Shown here in pieces: positions 27,861 through 38,216 of a stretch of 64,000 bases of DNA; the first letter of the stretch is position 1; every line of letters starts with the position of its first letter. The notes under the pieces are model-generated. The model was not told where the DNA came from. It saw nothing but the letters and a program-made list of their open reading frames with translations, and did not search any database. The stretch is from Pseudomonadota bacterium (GTDB lineage Bacteria; Bdellovibrionota_B; Oligoflexia; Oligoflexales; CAIYRB01), in contig JANOTL010000159.1 in assembly GCA_031416315.1 (NCBI GenBank), positions 9,523-73,522 of the forward strand, given 5' to 3'. Made by a program: the position numbers and the translations under genes.

Positions 27861-30224
27861 CTACACTCCGCTGCCGTCTCCCTCGCCAGACGCCGGGCTC
27901 GGCTCCGAGCTCGGCGCCGCGATCGGCGCCACGGCCGTCGGCCCCAAGGTCATCGGCGCCGTCGTGCCTTCGCTGCCGCCGGTCTTGGTCGCCAGATGAT
28001 CCTTCTTCTTCTCCTTCTCCTTCTCCTTCCGTTTCGCGATCGGGCGCACGCCCTTCGTCCGCAGCGGATTGTGTCGGATGGCGATTTCGTACGGCATCGA
28101 CTGGATGCCACCCTCGCGCACGATCTCGATGAATCGCGACTGCGAGCGGAGCTCCGGCTGCCCCACGCCCGGCTTTTTCCGCGTGTATTTGCCGTCCGCC
28201 TGCAGAACGCGCGCTTTGACGTTGTCCGCCCAGCAGGTGTCCATGATCTCGTGGACCAGCCGCTTCCGGACGTCGGGATCCCGGATCGGGATCAGGATCT
28301 CGATCCGCCGGTCCATGTTCCGCGGCATCATGTCGGCGCTCGACAGGAACACCGCCGTGTCCCCGCCGTTCTGGAAGTAGTAGACCCGGCTGTGCTCGAG
28401 GAAGCGGTCGATGATCGACACCACCTCGATGTTGTGGCTGATCCCGAGGATCCCCGGGCGGAGGCAGCAGATCCCCCGCACGATCAGCTGGATCCGCACG
28501 CCCGCCTGCGACGCCCGATAGAACGCGTCGATGATGTCCTTGTCCACGAGCGCGTTCATCTTCGCCATGATGAAGCCGGTGCCGGTCTTCTTCATCATCT
28601 CGATCTCGTTGTCGATCAACGCGACGAGCGACTGGCGCGCGTTGATCGGCGCCATCGCGAGCCGGGTCAGCTTGCCCGCGATCACCGAATCCTTGACGCG
28701 ATTCGCGCCGGTCAGGACGTCGAAGCCGGTGATCAAGTTGAAGATCATGGCCACATCGCTGCCGATGCCCTCGTCCGCGGTGAAGAGACCCACGTCGGTA
28801 TAGAGCTTCGCCGTCGACGAGTTGTAGTTGCCCGTGGACAGGTGGACGTAGCGCACGAGCTTCTGCTTCTCCCGCCGCACGACGAGCGCCATCTTCGCAT
28901 GCGTCTTCAGGCCGACGAAGCCGAAGACGACGTTGACGCCTGCCCGCTCCAGCCGTCGCGCCCACGAGATGTTGTTCTTCTCGTCGAACCGCGCCTTTAG
29001 CTCGATGACTGTCGTCACCTGCTTGCCGTTCTCGGCGGCGGAGATCAAGGCGTCGATGATCGGCGAGTCACCGGCCGAGCGGTAGAGCGTGATCTTGATC
29101 GCCATCACGTTCGGGTCATGCGCCGCCGACGCGAGGAACTCGGTCACCGCATAGAAGCTCTCGTACGGGTGGTGCACGAGCAGGTCTTTGAGCGAGATCA
29201 CCGAGAAGATGTCGTCGACGCCCGACAGCGAGGCCGGTAGGCGGGGGTTGAACGGCGGGTCCTTCAGGGCGTCGAGCGGCAGGCCGTAGAGCCCCATCAG
29301 CCCGCTTAGGTGCAAAGGCTGAGGGATCCGGTACACGTCGCCGTCGCCGACGCCGATCTTTCCCTTGAGGAAGTTGACGATCACCTGCGGCATCCGCGCG
29401 TCGACCTCGAGGCGCACGACCTCTTGGTGCTCGCGGTTCACCATCTCCTTCTGGATCGTCTTCAGGAGGTCGACGACCTTGTTCTCGAGCAGGTTGTAGT
29501 CGAGGTTCCGCGTCACGCGCACGAGATAGGACGCCTCGACCGGGCTACCGAAGAAGAGCGACGCCAGGCTGTGGGCGATCAAGTCCTCGAGCAGCACGAA
29601 GCAGTGCTCGCCGCTGGTCGCCGACTCGTTCTTCACCGGGATGAGCCGCGGCAAGAGCGTCGGCACCTCGACGAAGCCGATGCCCATATGCTCCTGGTCG
29701 AGCTTCGGGAGCTGCTCCTTCGGCACGACCACGAGGTAGAGCGACTGGTTCACGAGAAACGGAAAGGGGTGCGCCGGGTCGACTCCGAGGGGCGTCAAGA
29801 CCGGGCTCACCTCGTTCTCGAAGTAGTGCTCCAGCACCATCTTTTGCGTCGCGGTCAGCTGCTCGATGCGCAAGATCTTGGCGCCATGGCCGGAAAGCGC
29901 TGGAAGGATTTGCTCGTGCAGGCACTTGTACTGCAGGTCGATCAGGTCGGAGACGCGCGACCGGATCTTCTCCAGCACCGTCGTCGTGTCGAGGCCGTCG
30001 GGGGAGTCGGTGAAGCGCAGGCTCTCCTGCTCCATCTTCTTCAGCCCCGCGACGCGAACCATGAAGAACTCGTCCAAGTTGGACGTGAAAATCGACAGGA
30101 ATTTCAACCGCTCGAGAAGCGGCGTATCCTTGCTCAGGGCCTCTTCGAGCACGCGCCCGTTGAACTCGAGCCAGCTCAGCTCCTTGTTCAGGTAGAGGTC
30201 GGAGGGAGGAAGATTCTGGCTCAT
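27861..30224 (-). CDS. ppk1: Polyphosphate kinase 1
   Basis: NKELSWLEFNGRVL, SNLDEFFMVRVAGL, HHPYESF, KTHAK, RFLEHSR. Confidence 0.97.
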   Translation of the reverse strand: MSQNLPPSDLYLNKELSWLEFNGRVLEEALSKDTPLLERLKFLSIFTSNLDEFFMVRVAGLKKMEQESLRFTDSPDGLDTTTVLEKIRSRVSDLIDLQYKCLHEQILPALSGHGAKILRIEQLTATQKMVLEHYFENEVSPVLTPLGVDPAHPFPFLVNQSLYLVVVPKEQLPKLDQEHMGIGFVEVPTLLPRLIPVKNESATSGEHCFVLLEDLIAHSLASLFFGSPVEASYLVRVTRNLDYNLLENKVVDLLKTIQKEMVNREHQEVVRLEVDARMPQVIVNFLKGKIGVGDGDVYRIPQPLHLSGLMGLYGLPLDALKDPPFNPRLPASLSGVDDIFSVISLKDLLVHHPYESFYAVTEFLASAAHDPNVMAIKITLYRSAGDSPIIDALISAAENGKQVTTVIELKARFDEKNNISWARRLERAGVNVVFGFVGLKTHAKMALVVRREKQKLVRYVHLSTGNYNSSTAKLYTDVGLFTADEGIGSDVAMIFNLITGFDVLTGANRVKDSVIAGKLTRLAMAPINARQSLVALIDNEIEMMKKTGTGFIMAKMNALVDKDIIDAFYRASQAGVRIQLIVRGICCLRPGILGISHNIEVVSIIDRFLEHSRVYYFQNGGDTAVFLSSADMMPRNMDRRIEILIPIRDPDVRKRLVHEIMDTCWADNVKARVLQADGKYTRKKPGVGQPELRSQSRFIEIVREGGIQSMPYEIAIRHNPLRTKGVRPIAKRKEKEKEKKKDHLATKTGGSEGTTAPMTLGPTAVAPIAAPSSEPSPASGEGDGSGV

Positions 30225-30273
30225 GCAATGGGACTCCAGAAAACCTTGCAACGGCAGTCAGCTCGTGGAACTT

Positions 30274-30300
30274 TAAGGGAAAGCTTCCGCGGACCGATGA
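30274..30300 (+). promoter_or_regulatory. sigma28-like promoter
   Basis: TAAG-N15-ACCGATGA upstream of the HD-domain gene. Confidence 0.45.
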
Positions 30301-30388
30301 TGTATTTCGAATGCCTGTTCTGCGAGGGTCGTTTGGCGATCGGGGGGAATTCGGGGTGACGTCGAGCCGGGAATCGCGGGTGATACGG

Positions 30389-31045
30389 ATGGTGAACCAG
30401 GAAGCATCCATCTTCCCGGATCTACACCGTATTGTAACATGCGAGGAGCGCGTCGAAGAGGCGCTGCACTTCCTGGCGTCCCGTCTCGAGCAGCGCCCCC
30501 GCCGCGGCAAGAAACCTGTGTTGCTTCACAGTGTTAGGGTTGGATTTCTGCTCATGGCCTTCGGCTGCCCGACCGACGTGGTCATCGCCGGCCTCCTCCA
30601 CGACGTCATGGAGAAGACCACCGCGAACTCGAGAGACATCCAGCGCCGGTTCGGGGCCCGAGTCGCGGCCATCGTCAGGGCCACCACCAACGATCCGACC
30701 TTGCGCTCCCCCATCGAGCGCTACGAGGACAGCGTCCGCCGTTGCGCCAAGATCGGCCCCACGGCCCTGGTGGTCCGCGCCGCCGACCTCTGCGACAACA
30801 CCGACCGCGTCCTCCACACCCCGCGCCTCGGCCGGGTCGAGAAGCTCCTCGAGAAGGTGGAGGTCCTCCTCGCGGCCGCCCGCGAGAAGAAGATCGACGA
30901 TCGCTTGGTGGTCGAGCTGGTAAAGCGCCAGCGCCGCCTCCAGAAGTTGATGGCCGAGCAGCGTGGCACCGCGAAGAAGGTCGCTGGGGGAGCCGCCGCG
31001 CGCGCGCCTCGGATCGCCTCCGTCAGGCGCTGGCGCCGGACTTGA
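30389..31045 (+). CDS. Stand-alone RelA/SpoT-type HD domain protein (small alarmone hydrolase/Mesh1-like)
   Basis: PVLLHSVRV, IAGLLHDVMEKT, FGARVAAIV, AADLCDN. Confidence 0.75.
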   Translation: MVNQEASIFPDLHRIVTCEERVEEALHFLASRLEQRPRRGKKPVLLHSVRVGFLLMAFGCPTDVVIAGLLHDVMEKTTANSRDIQRRFGARVAAIVRATTNDPTLRSPIERYEDSVRRCAKIGPTALVVRAADLCDNTDRVLHTPRLGRVEKLLEKVEVLLAAAREKKIDDRLVVELVKRQRRLQKLMAEQRGTAKKVAGGAAARAPRIASVRRWRRT

Positions 31046-31926
31046 TCCCCGTCCCCCTGAGCCCGGTCCCTTGGCTCCGCGCCCTCCTGATCTTGACCCT
31101 GGCCCTCGGCGGCTGTGTCTCGACCAAGGGCCGCAGGGCAAAGAAGGACCCCGCCGCCACGAAGGCGGCCCCGACCCAGGTCGACGCGCCGTCCAAGGAC
31201 GATCCCGCCATGGACGCCCGCATCGGCGAGATCACCAAATCGATCGTCATCCAGGCCACGGTCGAGAACCTGAACGCGATCGCCGCGGAGGGCCGCCTCC
31301 TTCTCCTCAACGACGCCGCCCTCCTTCCCTGGGACGGCTTCCTGAAGCGCTACGAGGCCGAGCTCGTCGAGCTCGAGGCCGTCACTCGCGAGGTTGCCGC
31401 CGCCAAGACCGACGCCGAGGGCGCGCGCTTGATGACCCAGGCAGCCGGCCCCGTCAGCCGCGTCGAGATGCTGAACCGCATGGTCACGTCGCATCGGGAC
31501 GGCGACGCGCTCGCCCTCGACGTCTACACGCTCACCGCCATGAAGCACGGCAGCGAGGCCGCCAGCGCCTTCTTCGTCGAGAACCTGGTCACCGGCGACG
31601 GCATCTCCGCCGGCGTCGTCGGCAACCTTCTGCCAGGCCTCCGTGCCCTCGCGCGCAAGCAAGAGCCGATGGCTCACTATGCCCTTGCGACCGCCTACCT
31701 CGTCGGCCGCCTCGCCCGCAAAGACGAGAAAATCGCCTTCAAGCACGCGTCCGAGGCCGCCCGCCTTGAGCTTCCCGAAGGTCAGTTCCTCCTAGGCCTC
31801 TTTCACGTCAAAGGCATCGGCACGCCCAAAGACAGGGCCAAAGCGAAGGCTCTCCTGCAAAAAGCGGCGGCCGGAGGCTACGAAGAGGCGGCGGAGGTGT
31901 TGGCGGCCCTAGAGCTTCAAAAGTAA
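31042..31926 (+). CDS. Lipoprotein with C-terminal SEL1-like repeats
   Basis: Lipobox LGGC; GQFLLGLFHVKGIGTPKDRAKAKALLQKAAAGG. Confidence 0.8.
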   Translation: MIPVPLSPVPWLRALLILTLALGGCVSTKGRRAKKDPAATKAAPTQVDAPSKDDPAMDARIGEITKSIVIQATVENLNAIAAEGRLLLLNDAALLPWDGFLKRYEAELVELEAVTREVAAAKTDAEGARLMTQAAGPVSRVEMLNRMVTSHRDGDALALDVYTLTAMKHGSEAASAFFVENLVTGDGISAGVVGNLLPGLRALARKQEPMAHYALATAYLVGRLARKDEKIAFKHASEAARLELPEGQFLLGLFHVKGIGTPKDRAKAKALLQKAAAGGYEEAAEVLAALELQK

Positions 31927-31971
31927 CCGCGTCGGCGCTCTTTGCGGTAAAAGCCCGTCCGGCCTCCACCT

Positions 31972-33030
31972 CTAGGACGCCGCCACCTGCTCCACCCCGT
32001 CCGCCGACCCACGCGGAATGAAGCTCGAGATCGAGTTCGACCGAATGTAGTCCTCGAACACGTACTGATCTTTCTCGCTCATGTTGATGAACTTCACGCC
32101 GAAGCCGGCTTTGTAGCCTTCCTCGCGCGAAGGTCTCTTCCAAACCACGAGCCCGCGCACCTTCAAGGTGTCTGTGCAAGCGGCTGGCGTCACCTTGAGC
32201 TCGACGACGCTGCCGATGCCCAAGCGATTCTTCTTCTGTGCCGTTTGGTCCATCGGAATGAACGCGCCCCCGAAGCCGATCTCGCCGCGCTTGATCGCGA
32301 AGGTCTCATCGAGGACGATCGGCGCCGAGCCCGCGATCTGCAGGAGCTCGTCCTTCTCTTCCTTCGACTCGACCAGATATTCCATGATCATGCGGAAGAG
32401 CTTGTCCAGGTCGATCGGCTTCTCGATGAAGCCGGCCGCGCCGTAGTGCATGCACTCTTCGGTCGAATGATCCGGGTAGCCGGTGATGAACATGAAGTAC
32501 GGCCACACTTGGTACGCCTTGCGCACCGCCTTCAACACTTCCATGCCGTCCATCGACGGCATCCGCAGGTCGCATACCACGAAGTCGATGTTGAACTTCG
32601 AGATCGTCTCCACCGCCTGGTTGGGGTCCAAGAGGCTGTAGGTCTTGATCCCGCGCTCGGCCAGGCCATTGCGCACGTATTCGCAGATCATCGCCTCGTC
32701 GTCGATGATCAGAACCCGGGGCTTCCGGACGAAGAGGCTGCGGTTCTGGAGGCGATCGGCCGCGAAGCGTAGGAAGGACGAGAGGATCTCAGTCTTCGAC
32801 TTCGTGTGCGTTTTTTCGAAGATCGACTTCAGGTGATTGTTCACCGTGTGCGTCGAGATCCCGAGCGATTGGGCGATCTCTTCGGAGTTGGTGATGTTCC
32901 GGATCAAGGCCATGACGATGTCGGTCTCGCGCTTGCTGAGTCGACTAAACTGGGTAAAGCCTTCGATCTCGGCTGCGAACACCGAAGGGGCCTGGCTCGT
33001 CTTCGCGGAATTTTCGCTCTTGCTCGCCAA
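31972..33030 (-). CDS. LuxR-HTH / receiver / PilZ-like tri-domain regulator
   Basis: LSKRETDI..EIAQSLGISTHTVNNHLKSIFEK; LIIDDE..CDLRMPSMDG..FITG..KP; GGAFI...VRGLVVW...GFGVKF. Confidence 0.88.
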   Translation of the reverse strand: MASKSENSAKTSQAPSVFAAEIEGFTQFSRLSKRETDIVMALIRNITNSEEIAQSLGISTHTVNNHLKSIFEKTHTKSKTEILSSFLRFAADRLQNRSLFVRKPRVLIIDDEAMICEYVRNGLAERGIKTYSLLDPNQAVETISKFNIDFVVCDLRMPSMDGMEVLKAVRKAYQVWPYFMFITGYPDHSTEECMHYGAAGFIEKPIDLDKLFRMIMEYLVESKEEKDELLQIAGSAPIVLDETFAIKRGEIGFGGAFIPMDQTAQKKNRLGIGSVVELKVTPAACTDTLKVRGLVVWKRPSREEGYKAGFGVKFINMSEKDQYVFEDYIRSNSISSFIPRGSADGVEQVAAS

Positions 33031-33159
33031 CTTGGACCCATCTGATCAAGTATTTGTCTGCACGATTCAACCGGCTAAGTGACTAATAGAAATCGTATTC
33101 TTGGCCGTGGTGAAGCGTCCATAGCAAAGCTTGATCAATTTGCGGAGTGCCAAAATTCG

Positions 33160-35571
33160 TCAGGGAAAACGGGAGGGATCCCGCTCCTGCATCATCCCAT
33201 AGACCGTTTCCAGCACGTCTTCGGCGCTAGGTTTGCTCCAGTAGTCGCCGTCGGAGGCGTAGGCAGCGCGGTGCGGTTTCGCGGCCAGCGTCCGTGGCGG
33301 CGCGTCGAGGTGCTCGTATCCTCCCTGAGTCTCGAGCACCTGCTGCATCATGTACGCGGCCGCGCCACCGGGCACGTCCTCGTCGAAGAACAGTGCCATG
33401 TTCGTCTTCGCCAGGGAGCGGCCGATGACACCGGTCGTGTCGAAGGGCAGCAGGGTCTGGACGTCGACGAGCTCGACCGAGATCCCGAGCTCTTCTAGCG
33501 GCTTCATCGCGTCCTCGACGATCCGCACGCAGGCGCCATACGTCACGATCGTGATGTCGGTGCCCTCGTGGAGCACCTCGGGCACGCCGAGCGGCACCGT
33601 GTACTCGCCAAGGTTCGAAGGCATCGCCTCTTTCAAGCGATAGCCGTTGAGCACTTCGATCACGAGCGCCGGGTCGTCGCCCTGGAAGAGGGTGTTGTAC
33701 ATGCCGGCGGCCTGCACCATGTTGCGCGGCACGCACACGTGCATGCCGCGGATGCCGTTGACGATCGTGCCCATCGGCGAGCCCGAGTGCCAAATTCCTT
33801 CTAGGCGGTGGCCCTTGGTGCGCACGATGACTGGGGCGATCTGCCCACCCGCCGAGCGGTAGTGCACCGTCGCAAGGTCGTCTGAGAGGCCCTGAAAGCA
33901 GTAGAGCAAGTAGTCGAGATACTGAATGTCGACGACGGGACGCAGACCGCGCATCGCCGCGCCGATCCCTTGGCCTAGGATGGTCGCTTCGCGAATGCCG
34001 GTATCGGTGATGCGCACCTCGCCGTACTTCTCTTGAATGCCTTTGAACTCTTGGTTGACGCCGCCGAGCTTACCGACGTCCTCTCCGATGATGAAGACCC
34101 TGGGATCGCGCGCCATCAGCTTGTCGAAAAAGGCCGCGATCACGTCGCTGCCTTGCACCTGCTCGGGCGTTGCGTCGAAGGTCTTCTCGACCTGCGGCAC
34201 GTGGAGGGGGGAGCGCTCCGTCTCCGACAAGAGCCAGCGGTCGTAACGCTCCGCGTTCTCCTTCATGTATGCGTCCGTGAACGCCTTCAACTCCGCCGTA
34301 CCGGTCGCATCGCCCTTCAGCTTGAACAAAGAACGCCGTGCCGATGAGGCCACGACCCGGCGAAACAGCGCCGGCGCCCGTTTCAAGCCCCTGATTTGAT
34401 CTTCGAAATAGCCCTTCGCCGCTTCGTCCTGCGAGCGCTCGGCGATCATCTCGTAAAGGTCGATCAGGCGGTCGCGGTCGGCCGCGATCGGCTCGAGGTA
34501 GTCGTCCCACGCTTGCTGGCGCTGCGCCTCGACCTCTTTCGCGCACTCTTTTTCCAGGGAGTCGAGCGCCGGCTCTTGTGCCACCCCCGTGGTGATCATC
34601 CAGTCGCGCATCTTACGCAGGCAGTCTTCGCGTTCCTCGAAGGCCATGCGTTCGGCCTTCTTGTAGCGCTCGTGCGAGCCAGAGGTCGAATGCCCCTGCG
34701 GCTGCGTCAGCTCGACGATGTGGAAGAGCGCCGGTACGTGCTCGCGGCGGATCTTGTCGACGCCTTTGGCGTACGCCTCGACGAGCGCCGGGTAGTCCCA
34801 GCCTTTGACCACGTGGATATCGATGCCCGCGAGGTTCTTGTCTCCCTGAAAGCCTTTGGTGATCTCGGAGATCGACTCCTTGGTCATTTGATAGGAGTTC
34901 GGGACCGAGATCCCGTACCCGTCGTCCCAAACCGAGATCGCCGCTGGCACCTGCAGGACGCCGCAGGCGTTCAGCGATTCCCAGAAGACGCCTTCAGCCG
35001 TGGAGGCGTTGCCGATCGTTCCGAACGCGACCTCCTCGCCGCTGACCGAGAACTGGGAGAACTTCCCCAGCTCTGGATTCTGCCGGTAGAGCTTCGACGC
35101 ATACGCCAGACCGACTAGCCGCGACATCTGCCCCGCCGTCGGCGACATGTCGGCGGAGGAGTTGTGCATCATCAACTGATTGAGCCAGCGGCCCTGGTCG
35201 TCCAGATAGCGGGTCGAGTAGTGCGCGTTCATTTGCCGCCCGCCCGAGGCGGGCTCGTGCGCCAGATCAGTGTCGGCATAGAGCTGCGCGAAGAACTTGC
35301 GCACGTCGCTCGCCCCGATGGCGAACATGAACGTCTGATCGCGGTAGTAGCCCGAGCGCCAGTCGCCCCTGCGGAAGGCCTTGGCCATCGCGATCTGGGC
35401 GACCTCCTTGCCGTCGCCGAAGATCCCGAATTTCGCCTTGCCGGTGAGCACTTCCTTGCGGCCGATCAGGCTCGCCTGGCGGCTCGTGTAGGCGAGGCGG
35501 TAGTCCGCGATCACGTCGGCGACCGGAGACTCGACGACGCGCAGCTTGTTCTTGGGTTGCGCCTTGGCCAT
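33160..35571 (-). CDS. 2-oxoacid dehydrogenase E1 alpha/beta fusion (2-oxoisovalerate dehydrogenase-like)
   Basis: ThDP-binding alpha region, GHSTS, GEDVG, TGIREATI and transketolase C-terminal region. Confidence 0.9.
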   Translation of the reverse strand: MAKAQPKNKLRVVESPVADVIADYRLAYTSRQASLIGRKEVLTGKAKFGIFGDGKEVAQIAMAKAFRRGDWRSGYYRDQTFMFAIGASDVRKFFAQLYADTDLAHEPASGGRQMNAHYSTRYLDDQGRWLNQLMMHNSSADMSPTAGQMSRLVGLAYASKLYRQNPELGKFSQFSVSGEEVAFGTIGNASTAEGVFWESLNACGVLQVPAAISVWDDGYGISVPNSYQMTKESISEITKGFQGDKNLAGIDIHVVKGWDYPALVEAYAKGVDKIRREHVPALFHIVELTQPQGHSTSGSHERYKKAERMAFEEREDCLRKMRDWMITTGVAQEPALDSLEKECAKEVEAQRQQAWDDYLEPIAADRDRLIDLYEMIAERSQDEAAKGYFEDQIRGLKRAPALFRRVVASSARRSLFKLKGDATGTAELKAFTDAYMKENAERYDRWLLSETERSPLHVPQVEKTFDATPEQVQGSDVIAAFFDKLMARDPRVFIIGEDVGKLGGVNQEFKGIQEKYGEVRITDTGIREATILGQGIGAAMRGLRPVVDIQYLDYLLYCFQGLSDDLATVHYRSAGGQIAPVIVRTKGHRLEGIWHSGSPMGTIVNGIRGMHVCVPRNMVQAAGMYNTLFQGDDPALVIEVLNGYRLKEAMPSNLGEYTVPLGVPEVLHEGTDITIVTYGACVRIVEDAMKPLEELGISVELVDVQTLLPFDTTGVIGRSLAKTNMALFFDEDVPGGAAAYMMQQVLETQGGYEHLDAPPRTLAAKPHRAAYASDGDYWSKPSAEDVLETVYGMMQERDPSRFP

Positions 35572-35632
35572 CCGAGGGGTGCTCCTGAATTGTGGAAACC
35601 GAAATGTACCGAACGGCTTGGGGCGCGAGCAA

Positions 35633-38200
35633 CTACTGCCGTAACTTCACGACGGTAACGCCGTCGCCCCCTTCCTGATCGAGCCCGGCCCGAAAGGTGA
35701 CGTCGTAAGGGCAGTTATGGCGCAGCGCGTCCCGAATGGCCCGCTGCAGGGCGCCTGTCCCGTGACCGTGGATCAAGAGAATCGACTCCTCGCCCCTTAG
35801 GAGGGCGCGGTCGACGAAGTTCCATGCCTGCTCCAAAGCCTGATCGACGTCCTTGCCCCGCAGATCGAGCGAGTTGGTCGGCGTCTGCGGCGTGTAGGCG
35901 ATGCCCGCGGGACCTGAAGGCTGAGTCGCCTGCTGCGGCTGGTGCGAGCTCTTACCCTTGGCGCTCGGCTTTTTCTGCAGATTCGCCGAGCCTTGGGCGT
36001 TCGCTCCGACCGCCTCGCCCGCGCTCAGCACGCGCAGATCGTGGGCCGAGACGCGTAGCTTGATGATGCCGACCTCGACCTCGATCGGCTCGTCCTCGTT
36101 CAAGCCCGGCCGCAGGATCTTGCCCGCCTTCTTCAGCGGCAGGACATAAACTGGCGTATTCGCGAACAAATCTGACTTAGTGAGCGCACGCCCGGGCAGC
36201 TTGTCGCCGACGTCGTAGCCCTGACCGAGCTCGCTGACGACGCTGTCCATGCCGCGTAGGACCTTCTCGGCCGCCTTGCGGCCCTCGAGCGCTTCCTCGC
36301 GGTTGATCGGCCCGTTGTCTTCTTTGGTCATCTGCCGCAGCTTTTTCACCAGCTCGTCGTACTCGGTGCGCAGATCCGAGATCTGCGCCTCGTACTTGTC
36401 GGCGAGCGTCAGCGAAGCCTTGCGACGCGACTCGCGCAACATCTCGACCTCCTGCTCCCAGCGCAGGCGCTGGCCTTCGGCCTCGAGCTTTTCCTTGTCG
36501 AGGTCACCCTTCAGCTGGCGAGCCTCGTCGCGGGCGACCATCAGCTGGGACACCGCGGCGTCCAGGCTCGACATCGTTCCGTGCCGCAGCTCGCGCGCCC
36601 GCGCGAGGATGCGCGACGGCATCCCCATTTGCTCGGCCACCTCGAGCCCGTAGCTCTGGCCCGGAACGTCCAGGATCAGCTTATAGGTCGGGCGCAGGTC
36701 GTGGAGCGAGAACTCCATCGAGCCGTTGCGGAAGCGCTTGTCGCTGATCGCGAGGCTCTTCAGCTGGTCGAAGTGCGTCGTGACCAAGCCGGCGGCGCGC
36801 TTCGTCGCCAGGTCTTCCAAGATCGCGGTGCCGATCGCGGCGCCCGTCTGCGGGTCCGTGCCGACGGCGAGCTCGTCGAGCAGCACCAGATCGCGGGGCC
36901 CGGCCCGCTCGAGCACCGGCTTCAAGCCCAGGAGGTGACCCGAGAACGTCGACAGGTTCGCCGACAGGTTCTGCGCGTCGCCCATCTCCAGGAAGATGTC
37001 GTCGAAGAGGAACATCTTCGACGTCGGGTCGGCGGGAATCAGGAGCCCCGCCTTCGCCATCAGGTGCAGGAGGCCTACGGTCTTCAGCACGACCGTCTTG
37101 CCGCCAGCGTTCGGCCCCGAGATGATCAGGATGTGCTGCTCGCCTTCGAGCCCGATGGTGTTGCCGATCGCCGTTTTTCCGCCAGCGCGCCGCACCAGGG
37201 GATGGCGCGCGCCGTGGAGGTCGATCAACGGCGTCTCGGTCAGCTCGATGATGCCAGCGTCGACCTCCGCCGCGATCGCGGCCTCGGCGCTCATGATGTC
37301 GAGCTCGACCAGGAGCTCATAGTTCGTGCCGAGCACCTCGCTCTCGACGGCGACGAACTGCGTCAGCTCGCGGAAGATCCGCGCGATCTCGAGCTTTTCC
37401 TCGAGCTCGACCTCCTGCAGCTGATCGTTCAACGGCGCGAGGGTCGCCGGCTCGATGAACAGCGTCTGGCCGCTGGCCGAGGTGTCGAGAATCGAGCCCT
37501 TCACGCGTCCGCGCCCGTCGAGCCGCATCGGCACGACGTAACGCTCGGAGCGCACCGTGAAGAAGTCGTCCTGTAGATAGTCTTTGAGCTCGCTGTCGTG
37601 AATGAGCTGCGTCAGCGCCGATTCGATGCGCTTGCGCGTGCTGACTTTTGCGCGACGGATGCGCATCAGCTCATCGGAGGCGTCGTCCTTCAGCTCGCCG
37701 TCCGGGGCGACCGCCTTATTGATCGCCGTCAGCAGCTGCGGCATCGGATGCAGGCTGCCGCGAAACCGGCGGAGGCTCGTACAGCGCGCCTCGAAGTCTG
37801 CGGCGAAACCGTGCACCTTGCGCGTCGATTCGAGCACGTTGGCGACCATGCGCAGCTCGACGCCGCCGAGGATCTGCCCGAGCTTGGCCGCGCGCAGGAA
37901 GGGACCGATCGGCGCCAGCATGCCGACGGGCGCGCGGTACGACTGCGAGGCGAGACGGCGCAAGGGCTCGACGGCGCGCCAACGCTCTTCGATCGCCTCG
38001 CGCGCCAGGTTCGGCACCAGGGCGAGCGAGCGCTCGCGACCTTCGTCGGTATGGGTGTGGCCCGCGATGCGCTCGACGAGTAGCGGCCACTCGAGTTTCT
38101 CGAGAACGCGCTGGTCGATGGGTCTTACGTCTTGGTTGGCTTTGATGGCTTGTTCCTCTTCTGGGTGCGCTAAGATATGCCCACGCGCGGTTCCCTTCAA
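35633..38200 (-). CDS. mutS2: Endonuclease MutS2
   Basis: SASGQTLFIEP, Walker A GPNAGGKT, LLDELAVGTDP, TTH, C-terminal Smr domain (LDLRG..IHGHGTG..GGDGVT); start uncertain. Confidence 0.95.
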   Translation of the reverse strand: MKGTARGHILAHPEEEQAIKANQDVRPIDQRVLEKLEWPLLVERIAGHTHTDEGRERSLALVPNLAREAIEERWRAVEPLRRLASQSYRAPVGMLAPIGPFLRAAKLGQILGGVELRMVANVLESTRKVHGFAADFEARCTSLRRFRGSLHPMPQLLTAINKAVAPDGELKDDASDELMRIRRAKVSTRKRIESALTQLIHDSELKDYLQDDFFTVRSERYVVPMRLDGRGRVKGSILDTSASGQTLFIEPATLAPLNDQLQEVELEEKLEIARIFRELTQFVAVESEVLGTNYELLVELDIMSAEAAIAAEVDAGIIELTETPLIDLHGARHPLVRRAGGKTAIGNTIGLEGEQHILIISGPNAGGKTVVLKTVGLLHLMAKAGLLIPADPTSKMFLFDDIFLEMGDAQNLSANLSTFSGHLLGLKPVLERAGPRDLVLLDELAVGTDPQTGAAIGTAILEDLATKRAAGLVTTHFDQLKSLAISDKRFRNGSMEFSLHDLRPTYKLILDVPGQSYGLEVAEQMGMPSRILARARELRHGTMSSLDAAVSQLMVARDEARQLKGDLDKEKLEAEGQRLRWEQEVEMLRESRRKASLTLADKYEAQISDLRTEYDELVKKLRQMTKEDNGPINREEALEGRKAAEKVLRGMDSVVSELGQGYDVGDKLPGRALTKSDLFANTPVYVLPLKKAGKILRPGLNEDEPIEVEVGIIKLRVSAHDLRVLSAGEAVGANAQGSANLQKKPSAKGKSSHQPQQATQPSGPAGIAYTPQTPTNSLDLRGKDVDQALEQAWNFVDRALLRGEESILLIHGHGTGALQRAIRDALRHNCPYDVTFRAGLDQEGGDGVTVVKLRQ

Positions 38201-38216
38201 TAGCGGCGGTCCCTCG

